Shown piece by piece: positions 10,811-18,522 of a stretch of DNA of 64,000 nucleotides. The stretch comes from an uncultured Acidobacteriota bacterium (lineage in GTDB: Bacteria; Acidobacteriota; Terriglobia; Terriglobales; Acidobacteriaceae): contig CAWAZK010000001.1 in the NCBI GenBank assembly GCA_963786435.1, forward strand, positions 16,021 to 80,020, written 5' to 3'. Position 1 is the stretch's first letter. Each line of letters opens with the position of its first letter. The notes under the pieces are model-generated. The model made no database searches. It was not told the origin of the DNA and saw only the letters and a program-made list of their open reading frames with translations. The position numbers and the translations under genes are program-made.

Positions 10811-12508
10811 TCAGAAGAGCCCGTAGATTTCGAGCTGGTTTATAGTTCCGATGTACACCTTGCCGTTCGCAATTGTAGGAACCGTAAACTTTACCGCCGT
10901 CCCGGCGCCATCACGAGTGGCATTCTGCGTACTGTTATAAAATTCGTTGGCAACGTTGGTTGCGTCGTAAGCGTGGAGAATAGCCTGACTCGAGCTCGTG
11001 CGTTCAATCGTCCAGACAATTGCGTTGGCCGTGCCATTGGCTGAAATGGCCGGGGAGGCGCCAGGGAAGGAATACTGAGTAGCGCCGACCGCCACCGGCG
11101 TGGAACTGATGAGGCCGTTGGTCCAGCTATATTGTTTAAGCACGTCTCCGTTGCCCACAAAGTACAGGTTCCCGTTCCAATATGCAGGCGTGGAAAAAAT
11201 TCCCGCCGGGAATGCCCCAGCTATCTCCTGCACAATCTGGCTGTCGCTGAGGGATTGAAATTGTCCCATGTTGTCGCGATCGACCAGAAAGATGTTTCCC
11301 TGCTTGCCGGAGAAAACCAACTGGTGTGGGTGGGAGGAGGTGTTGTCTGGAAGCGCCAGCGCACCGCCGGACCCAACATCAAGATCAGTAGCATCCAGTG
11401 TGGACCAGTTGTAGGGGGTGAAGTAGTCGGCCAGAGTGAGCGCGCCATTGGCATAGGAAAGCCGTATCGCACTTTGGGCATAGTTGCTGCCCGAAGAGGC
11501 AAACGTACCGTTGCCGGAGATGACGTAAAGGTTGCCATTGGAGTCGACCACCGGTGCGGCACCTGCCATCCAGATTCCGCCCCGGCTTCCGTTTGGCGAA
11601 GTGTTGAAAACCGCGACCAACTTCAGCGTGTCGGCATCAAAGCCAAGAATCCATCCGTGATAAGGATCTTCGTCGTCGTTGATCGACGCCCAGCCTGCGT
11701 ACACGACGTTGTTAACCAAAGCCAGCGAAACCCGATTGTTTTCACGCCAGGGATTGAAGCAAACTTGGCCACCGGAAGCGTCATAGCCTGTGCCGGGTAC
11801 GCATACGCTGATCTCGACGGGTTGCCCGGTGTGCTCCGCGCCGGTGCTTAAGTCGAGGGCGTGAATGTACTGTTGATAGGAACTGATAGCCGTGGGGGAG
11901 CCATTCGCGTTTACCACGCGCGAAACAACATACATCGCGTTGCGTGTGCGGTCGATCACCGGCGTGCCCATAATGCCAGTTTGGCTGTCGGCTCCCACGT
12001 CAGCGGCCGGAACCGCGGTAATTCCGTTCGCGGCGTCCAAGAAACTGTCCTGCCAGTAAGGCGTGGTGGACGCGCCATCGGCGTCGAAGGCATAGACGCT
12101 ATCGTTGGCCGTGACCACGTAAACGACGTTATGCGTACCCCCGGCAATGCTCTGGTTGGTGACCACCAGCGGCTGGCCGTAGATGAAAGCATCCACGGTG
12201 AAAGCGAACTTCTTGCCGAACGTGCTTACATTCACATTAGAGGGCGTCAGAACCGTTTCATTCAGGTTCTGCCCGGTGCGGGCGGCATCGTTGCGCCAAG
12301 TCAAAACGTCCGCGGCGGTGGTGACTGGGGCTGTGGGAGTTTGCGTGGGGTTGACGGGAGTTGGCGAGGGGTTGACGGGAGCTGGCGAGGGATTGACGGG
12401 AGCTGGGGTGGTGGCGCTCGACTTAGCCGAATTGCTGCCGCATCCGCTAAGCGCAAGCAGAAAAACGGCTAGAGCCGGTACGACGATGTGCGAGGACACT
12501 CTATTCAT
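10811..12508 (-). CDS. Secreted lipoprotein with a PQQ-like/BamB-like beta-propeller and a Pro-rich linker
   Basis: Lipobox LLALSGC, then a PVNPSP repeat linker, then repeated beta-propeller blades (VVYVVTANDSVYAFDADG, GWILGFDADTLKLV, GGIWMAGAAPVVDSNGNLYV). Possible ATG starts at 12508 and 12526. Confidence 0.7.
   Translation of the reverse strand: MNRVSSHIVVPALAVFLLALSGCGSNSAKSSATTPAPVNPSPAPVNPSPTPVNPTQTPTAPVTTAADVLTWRNDAARTGQNLNETVLTPSNVNVSTFGKKFAFTVDAFIYGQPLVVTNQSIAGGTHNVVYVVTANDSVYAFDADGASTTPYWQDSFLDAANGITAVPAADVGADSQTGIMGTPVIDRTRNAMYVVSRVVNANGSPTAISSYQQYIHALDLSTGAEHTGQPVEISVCVPGTGYDASGGQVCFNPWRENNRVSLALVNNVVYAGWASINDDEDPYHGWILGFDADTLKLVAVFNTSPNGSRGGIWMAGAAPVVDSNGNLYVISGNGTFASSGSNYAQSAIRLSYANGALTLADYFTPYNWSTLDATDLDVGSGGALALPDNTSSHPHQLVFSGKQGNIFLVDRDNMGQFQSLSDSQIVQEIAGAFPAGIFSTPAYWNGNLYFVGNGDVLKQYSWTNGLISSTPVAVGATQYSFPGASPAISANGTANAIVWTIERTSSSQAILHAYDATNVANEFYNSTQNATRDGAGTAVKFTVPTIANGKVYIGTINQLEIYGLF
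12347..12409 (-). repeat. Three tandem copies of a 21-bp unit inside the lipoprotein gene (encodes the PVNPSPA/T linker)
   Basis: ggggttgacgggagttggcga / ggggttgacgggagctggcga / gggattgacgggagctggggt, read directly at 12347-12367, 12368-12388 and 12389-12409. Confidence 0.9.
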
Positions 12509-12552
12509 GCAACAGTACCTTCCCATGATGAATATGGGCAGTTTGGAACGCC

Positions 12553-12601
12553 TGGTTAACGACTTGGTAACTAACGCTTTTGGTTAACGACTGGGTTACT
12601 A
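12553..12601 (-). promoter_or_regulatory. Imperfect 21-bp direct repeat upstream of the lipoprotein / GNAT / A-PCP / P450 / PPTase genes (candidate operator)
   Basis: tggttaacgacttggtaacta (12553-12573) and tggttaacgactgggttacta (12581-12601) match at 19 of 21 positions with 28-nt periodicity. They lie 27-75 nt upstream of the 12526 start. Any function is inferred. Confidence 0.35.
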
Positions 12602-12860
12602 GAGTTGCTGAGCCACGTTGCTCAGTTAATCAACGTGAGATGCCTCTTTCGAATGCAGGTTGGCTGAATTGGAATTAATTCTTGGACTTTTAATTGCCCG
12701 AAATGGCTTATGGGAAACGCGGGGGTAGTTCTGGGCGGATCGTCGGCGAGTCTTCCCGGACGGCTCTGTCCGGTTAGCCCGTATACGACCGAAATAGCGC
12801 ACAGCCGCTAAGAACACAATCTTCGCGCGTCACTATGGTTACGCAGAATGTTACGAACAT

Positions 12861-14114
12861 TCAATGTTCAATTTGAGATGTGTGAAGGTGTCTATATTTT
12901 GCGTGCAGCTTTATCCGGTCAAGCGAATGGCGCAATTTTTGTAGCATCTTCCACATCCTGTCCGAAGTGTGCCCCTTGAGCCAGCTTTTGACGGTACTCA
13001 AGGCTCGGCGTCTCGCAAAGTATGCAGCGCCTAAACTGCTGGATGAGGCAAAGTGCATATCGACATAATGGCCCACATCCGCACCCCAGCGTTGCTTGCT
13101 CTCCTCGTCTCCACCGAGAAAATCATAGCTACGAATGCCGGTCTCAATGCACTGACGCAAAACGTGGCTCCGCAGGACGTACCCTACGCTTTCGGCGGCA
13201 TAGTCCGGATCGAATCCTTCCTGCAGCGCAAAGCAACAGTCTCGATAGTCCATCCCGATCTGCGATGCCACTGGTGCCCCGTCAATTTCCAACTGCCATA
13301 ACTCAAGCCAGCCGAGGCGAAGTAAACCCCGCGTCATTTCTTCGTAGAAACGCCGACGTGCAGTGAGACTGAAACTTCCCGGCTCGCCCCTGGCTTCCCA
13401 CCTCTTCTGGTGGAGCGAATACAGTGTCTTCAAGAATATGGGTAGCTCATCAGGGCGCTCACAGCGCCGGAAGAGCACCTTGTGACGTGACTGCAGTCGG
13501 CGGAGATGGTGGCCAATCTTCCACCGCTGGTTGGCAGTGAGTTGATTTAGATACTGTTCCCAAGTATTAGGAAGCGCAGCCTTGGTTTGTGGGCGACGTG
13601 AGATCTCACTCTTCCAGCCGAGAACACGTACTCCGTCCTCCAATAGTGTCGCCATCTCGGATTTCGATGAGAGGTAATCAAACTCGCACAAGTCCCATGC
13701 TGTGTGGCGCAGCCAGTTCAGGAAGGCGTGCGCAACCGCAGTCGCATACCCAGGCTTGACGATGAAATCCAAATCGTCAGAGTCCCCCGATCCGTTACCC
13801 ATCAACCGCAACACGCGGAGTTCGAGAAGAGTCAGCAATTTCCGGCGCTCCCAATATAAGGGAATGATTCCTACAACTCCCGCCTGCAGATCAGATAAAG
13901 AAAGCACACACAGAACTTTATTTTCGCCATACGCACGCCACCAGGGAAATAACCATTCCGGCGTCATGAAGACACTCAGTCCTTCAACTTGGGCGACGAG
14001 GCTGCTCCACTCGTTGCGTATGCTTTCCAGTTCGGTCCACTCGCGATACTCCGCAATGACTAGCGGATGCGCACTGGAAAACGCGGGATAGGGGATGTTG
14101 GCTTGTGCGCTCAT
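12861..14114 (-). CDS. CelD/BcsL-like, FemAB-related GNAT-fold protein (Acetyltransf_6 type)
   Basis: 417 aa. The N-terminus (W..L......SVFMTPEWLFPWWRAYGENKVLCVL...GIIPLY) and overall length match my recollection of the CelD / FemAB-like PEP-CTERM-associated family. ATG confirmed at 14112-14114. Confidence 0.7.
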   Translation of the reverse strand: MSAQANIPYPAFSSAHPLVIAEYREWTELESIRNEWSSLVAQVEGLSVFMTPEWLFPWWRAYGENKVLCVLSLSDLQAGVVGIIPLYWERRKLLTLLELRVLRLMGNGSGDSDDLDFIVKPGYATAVAHAFLNWLRHTAWDLCEFDYLSSKSEMATLLEDGVRVLGWKSEISRRPQTKAALPNTWEQYLNQLTANQRWKIGHHLRRLQSRHKVLFRRCERPDELPIFLKTLYSLHQKRWEARGEPGSFSLTARRRFYEEMTRGLLRLGWLELWQLEIDGAPVASQIGMDYRDCCFALQEGFDPDYAAESVGYVLRSHVLRQCIETGIRSYDFLGGDEESKQRWGADVGHYVDMHFASSSSLGAAYFARRRALSTVKSWLKGHTSDRMWKMLQKLRHSLDRIKLHAKYRHLHTSQIEH

Positions 14115-14586
14115 CAGGATTTCGGAGATAACCGGACGACATCAATCGGCTTTTCTCACTTTGGTTGGAAGCGGGGACATTTTAGATGCCTGATGTTTGC
14201 TGGATTTCCCCAATTCTGTCGAGGAGCTTCTAAACTGAGGTGACTCTTCCCCATGCCGAGTTGGGAAAGCCGAACTCGATTTCGGCTGCATGAGCGCTGG
14301 ATTCGGCGCAGGCCACAAATTTCGGCCAACACAGGTGAAAAAAGCGGAATCAAAGTGGTGCGTCAGGGACTTCCGCCTGCCGTGGTGATTTCAATGGACG
14401 CGCTCGACTCGAAAAACTCCGGCTCAATCTCCCTGTCTTTGTGTGCTGTCTTTTTGATCCTTGCGATGTTTCAGAACCTCACAGAAGGGAGCCGATATTC
14501 TAAGATGTACTGAGCCGGTACGTGGTGGCTTGGGTGAAATCAGTAGCTCGGTTTAGCGCACACATTTATCGTGTCGAATACGTTTT

Positions 14587-15468
14587 TTAACCCTTGAGTG
14601 CTAATGAAGCCTGATCTCCTACGATCACGGATTTGCGGCGCGAACGCTGGGAGAGCGGCCGGTCGGTATGAAAGTAAGTCTTGTAAGCCGCAATCCAGTC
14701 CGTAGCGATGTCGCGTTGCGCCTTGGACAGATCGAGTTTCCCTTCACAGACCATCTGGTGGAGATGTTCTTCTAACGTGTCCTTCACGTGTGCGTTCCAG
14801 ATGCGGGATGTGTAGGGTTGGGGCCAAAGGTTATGGATGTCTTCCGCGCCGCCCAATCCCGGAGCTATCAGGTAATCGATCTCGTAGTCTCCCGCACGCG
14901 CATTGGCGATGCCGTACTCATGAAACACCTCCTGACGCAGCGACGTTGATACCTCAGCGACTACCTCCTCGTGAGACATCGAACAGACGTCACTCACCGT
15001 AACGTTGCGTGTGGCTCCAGGAGTCAGGCCGCGGTTGGGGACTGCGGCGCGTTCAACCGCAGCGCCTTCATGTAAACGAGAATGCTGAACGAGAAGACCA
15101 CTCGCCATCGCGACGATGAGTGTCGCAACGCATAGAAACGCGGCGCGACGCGTGGCGGCTTTGAAGTGGAATAACGTCCGCCAGAAACTTACCTGCTGTC
15201 TCGTGGACATTTCGGCGAGCCGCGCTCGCAGAAGCGCACGCGGGCCTGTGATAGGAGGCAATTGCGGGTCGAGTGCCTGACGGTAAGCGTTCGTAAATTC
15301 TGCCATTGCGGTCTCGAACTCAGCCATGCGGGTGCGGCACTTCTGGCAGTGTTCGAGATGCGCGCGGACCTGATCTGCACGGCGGGCTGGAAGTTCGCCG
15401 TCGATTGCCATGAGCAATTCTTCTTCTGGCAAATGTGTATCCGGATGCAGCATAACGTTATCTCCCAT
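14587..15468 (-). CDS. Anti-sigma factor (zf-HC2 N-terminus, one TM helix) with an HNH-like extracytoplasmic domain
   Basis: HLEHCQKCRTRM (HxxxCxxC), TM segment AAFLCVATLIVAMASGLLV, and a C-terminal domain YEIDYLIAPGLGG...NLWPQP...KD..EEHLHQMVCEGKLDLSKAQRDIATDW. It overlaps the sigma gene by 11 nt. Confidence 0.75.
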   Translation of the reverse strand: MGDNVMLHPDTHLPEEELLMAIDGELPARRADQVRAHLEHCQKCRTRMAEFETAMAEFTNAYRQALDPQLPPITGPRALLRARLAEMSTRQQVSFWRTLFHFKAATRRAAFLCVATLIVAMASGLLVQHSRLHEGAAVERAAVPNRGLTPGATRNVTVSDVCSMSHEEVVAEVSTSLRQEVFHEYGIANARAGDYEIDYLIAPGLGGAEDIHNLWPQPYTSRIWNAHVKDTLEEHLHQMVCEGKLDLSKAQRDIATDWIAAYKTYFHTDRPLSQRSRRKSVIVGDQASLALKG

Positions 15469-16030
15469 CTGCGCGGGTCAGCCGCGCCAACGATCTAGTC
15501 AGCGAAATCGATACGGCGCCCAGAGACATTCCCAGCGCCGACGCAATTTCCCGGTAGCGAAGACCCTCCGCACGCAAACGAAGGCAACCCTGATCTGCTT
15601 CCGGCAGGGCATCGACGACGGCCAGCAGGCGGTGCCGCCTTTGAGCCGACGAGAGCAACTCCTCAGGGTCCGGCGAGGGGGCAACCGGTTCTTCCGTATC
15701 GGCCCAACAGGAGGCCGTACCGTCGGGAGATCGTTGGTTTGCAGAACGCTGCTTTAACGCAAGATTATGTGCGACACGGAAGAGCCAACCACGAAGATTG
15801 CTGCGAGAACGGCCTAACTGAAGGTGCCGAAATAGAGCCAGAAATACTTCCTGAATGATTTCTTCGGCGTCGTGCACAGGCAAGCCAAACGAGAGTGCAT
15901 ACCGGAGCAGGGAATTACGAAACTGCTCGAAAAGATCCATAACCTCACGCTCGATCTCCGAGGGTTCCGCCGATAAGGCAGCGTCGTCGGCGACAGGCAG
16001 AAACTCGGAGATCAGGTCCGTTGGGGGCAT
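15458..16030 (-). CDS. ECF-type RNA polymerase sigma-70 factor
   Basis: Region 2 (AEEIIQEVFLALFRH...WLFRVAHNLALK) and region 4 (LPEADQGCLRLRAEGLRYREIASALGMSLGAVSISLTRS). ATG verified at 16028-16030 (MPPTDL...). Confidence 0.9.
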   Translation of the reverse strand: MPPTDLISEFLPVADDAALSAEPSEIEREVMDLFEQFRNSLLRYALSFGLPVHDAEEIIQEVFLALFRHLQLGRSRSNLRGWLFRVAHNLALKQRSANQRSPDGTASCWADTEEPVAPSPDPEELLSSAQRRHRLLAVVDALPEADQGCLRLRAEGLRYREIASALGMSLGAVSISLTRSLARLTRADGR

Positions 16031-16415
16031 GTGCGTGGCTTTCTTTAAGTATATATTCCGTTTTCGCCGCTTCCGTTCAAGGTTTTTCAAACATGTTTTT
16101 GAATTCATCGAAAGATCGCAAAGAGACTGAACAAAACAACCAGAAACGGAATTACAGGCATAGAGCTGGAAAAGGAAAGTATGGGGCTGAAAAAAGCTGT
16201 CTTTACACCACCCGATGGTGGTTGTCGGAAGATAAACGCGTGTCTGGGTGACTCCAGTGCTTGAACTCGTTGCGATTGGGATCTTTGGGCCTATGGTCTT
16301 CGCGCTCTGAGTTTAAGGAGATTTATTTCAACGGCATCATCAAGGCATCTCTGCTTTCGCGTTCAAGTATGGCGTGGCCGAACATTCCGCTGTGCAGGCC
16401 GGGCACGGCGGGGGA

Positions 16416-17309
16416 TCAATCTTCGGAGGGTTTCGCGGCACTCGAGTCGAGCAGACGTAAGTACTCCTGGGTCAACATCTTGCGGATAACCTCCGAGGTG
16501 TCTGGAGCACACCCGACGCTGAGATTGCGGCATCGTGCGATGACCTTTTCGAGGTCGCGAATGAAGGCTACGCATGGTGCACAGCCCTCAATGTGCTTCT
16601 GCATTTCCTCACAAGTCAGGTGGTCCGCCCGACGGTCGAGATACTCGGAAATATTTGCAAACATCTCACGGCAGTCGGCGGAGCGCTTCCTGCAACGACC
16701 TATCTCCTTGCGGCTTTCGTTTGCCTCTTGCGCTGCGCGCGGCCGCGCCAGTTCGCGGCGGACCATCAGTCGCGCCCGGTGCAACCGGACCCGAACGGTG
16801 CCCTCCTTGAGGGAGGTAACCTTCGCAATTTCAGATGTGTCGAGCTCTTCCATGTCATGCAGTACGAGGATAAGACGATAGCGTGGCGGAATCCTCAGGA
16901 CAACTTGGTGGAGCAGTTGCCCGTCCTGCTGGTGAATAGCGGAATCTTCGGGACTCTGCCTTGAGTCGGCCAGCAACATCGCTAACTCATGATCATCTGG
17001 CATCAACGCGTCGAGCGACATCGCCTGCATTGGCGCGAACTTGCTCTTCCGTCTTGCCATCCAGCATTGATTTCGAGTGACGGTATAGAGCCAGACGGCC
17101 ATTGCACGAGGATCCTCAAGCTTCGCTAGGTGCGGAAGTGATTTGAACAACACCTCCTGCATCGTGTCTTCGGCGTCTTCACGGTGCCCGCATACCTTCA
17201 TGCTGAAGGAATACACCGTGTTCTGGAGTAATCCGAGTGCCTCATTGACCCGCGTCTCATCCTTGGAAGCCAGTAGTTCAATCGCTTGTAGCAACTCAGG
17301 TCGCATCAC
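16416..17309 (-). CDS. ECF sigma factor fused to a C-terminal Cys-rich ZAS-like (HxxxCxxC) domain
   Basis: Region 2 (AEDTMQEVLFKSL...WLYTVTRNQC) and region 4 (RYRLILVLHDMEELDTSEIAKVTSLKEGTVRVRLHRAR). About 100 further aa contain 8 Cys, including HIEGCAPC. Confidence 0.8.
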   Translation of the reverse strand: MMRPELLQAIELLASKDETRVNEALGLLQNTVYSFSMKVCGHREDAEDTMQEVLFKSLPHLAKLEDPRAMAVWLYTVTRNQCWMARRKSKFAPMQAMSLDALMPDDHELAMLLADSRQSPEDSAIHQQDGQLLHQVVLRIPPRYRLILVLHDMEELDTSEIAKVTSLKEGTVRVRLHRARLMVRRELARPRAAQEANESRKEIGRCRKRSADCREMFANISEYLDRRADHLTCEEMQKHIEGCAPCVAFIRDLEKVIARCRNLSVGCAPDTSEVIRKMLTQEYLRLLDSSAAKPSED

Positions 17310-17486
17310 GTCCTTCCAAATTTTCCCTGAAACACTTTCATCCCAAAGGGTGGTTCAAATACGCTGGAACGCGTGTCAAGAATGGTCTCGGAGCGGCACG
17401 GCGGGAAAGACCTGGGCCAGCTGAAATTGTGGGAGTTGTAATGGCTGCGTTTTAAGTCCATGAGTCAGGTTTCAGGGTAGGCAGGA

Positions 17487-17888
17487 CTAGACTCCCAGTT
17501 TACTACCTTCGTCGATTTGCTTGCGGAGTACGTTCCGGATGAGTTCGCAGGCATTCTTCACCTCAGGCATGGTAAGGGTGCAAGACAACTGCTTGCCAAC
17601 ACGACTGGTGGTGACCACACCTGCATTCCTTAAGATTGCCAGATGCTGCGAGAGGTTCGGCTTGGAGATTCCGAGTTCCTCAAGCAATTCGGAGACATAA
17701 CGCTCCCGCTGCCCGAGCATCTCCAGTATTTGTATACGGACAGGATTCGCAAAGGCCTTGCATATCTGGCTTTGGCGCTGATAAATGAGCCGGTCTGTAT
17801 TGGTTGCACGTTTGCCCTTTCCATTTGGACGCAGTGCGATCGATTCAGTTTTACTCTTCGCCAACGCATGCTCCTTCAGTTGGCCCAC
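17487..17888 (-). CDS. ArsR/SmtB-family metalloregulator
   Basis: ICKAFANPVRIQILEMLGQRERYVSELLEELGISKPNLSQHLAILRNAGVV is a canonical ArsR winged-helix region. The true start may be internal. Confidence 0.85.
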   Translation of the reverse strand: MGQLKEHALAKSKTESIALRPNGKGKRATNTDRLIYQRQSQICKAFANPVRIQILEMLGQRERYVSELLEELGISKPNLSQHLAILRNAGVVTTSRVGKQLSCTLTMPEVKNACELIRNVLRKQIDEGSKLGV

Positions 17889-18012
17889 CTTCGCTCACCT
17901 ATTTTATGTCTTTTCCACGATTTGAAGTGATCTTTACATTAATTAATGAATCTCTTCATCCCCTTACAGGCGCCCAATTCGATCCGCGGTTGGAGTCCAT
18001 CCGACCGACATA

Positions 18013-18522
18013 CTATGAATTGCTTTTCGGCTCGCTCGGTGAACTTGATTGAAATTCCTTCTGCCACTCTCTTTTCTCAATTTTGACCTGTCTCCACCAT
18101 TTGAAGTGATGGTCATACGCAAAAAGCTCGTTCACCTTCCCGGTGATCATAGAGAAGAACGCGGGCGGCTCTTCGGGAAACACTGCGCCCATATACACGT
18201 GCACCATCAGGCCGGAGACAACCATTCCAAGGGCCACAAAATGAAGAAGCATTGCCCATGCCACCATCGCAGTTCCAAATAGGTGGAAGGTCATGATTAG
18301 CGATTAACGGCAGGCCGAGTACACGAGCAATGCGAACATCTTCTGTCCTGCATTGTAGGACCCCTGCTCCGGCAATCCATCTTTGGTTCGGTTCAAAATC
18401 AGGAGGAGTTTGATCCGCAACCATTGAAAATCGTCCTGAGCTTCGTGTCGGAAGTTCCCCGCCGGAAGGCCTTTCGCATCTTCGGTGTAACAGGCCCGAA
18501 ACCATGCACCATGTATGCGCAA
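18013..18522 (-). pseudogene. Remnant of a b-type cytochrome membrane subunit (FdnI/PhsC-like), C-terminal half only and frame-disrupted
   Basis: Fragments NRTKDGLPEQGSYNAGQKMFALLV (18304..18522 frame) and FHLFGTAMVAWAMLLHFVALGMVVSGLMVHVYMG... (18013..18294) sit in different frames. No N-terminal half is present. Confidence 0.6.

Noticed and set aside
12347-12409. Tandem repeats considered as a possible CRISPR array or minisatellite
   Set aside because: The units are contiguous with no spacers, lie in-frame inside a coding sequence, and encode a Pro-rich linker.
14268-14287. Hairpin AGCCGAA-ctcgat-TTCGGCT between the anti-sigma gene and the CelD-like gene, considered as a terminator
   Set aside because: The stem is only 7 bp with a weak TTTCCC tail, and it lies about 300 nt downstream of the anti-sigma stop. 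It may be structural, but the evidence is insufficient to annotate it.
16041-16080. Sigma-70-like promoter for the ECF sigma gene (TTGAAC ... TATATA on the minus strand)
   Set aside because: Spacer length is ambiguous (17-19 nt), the -10 hexamer is a poor match, and ECF genes are usually autoregulated from ECF-type promoters. This is not supportable without transcription-start data.
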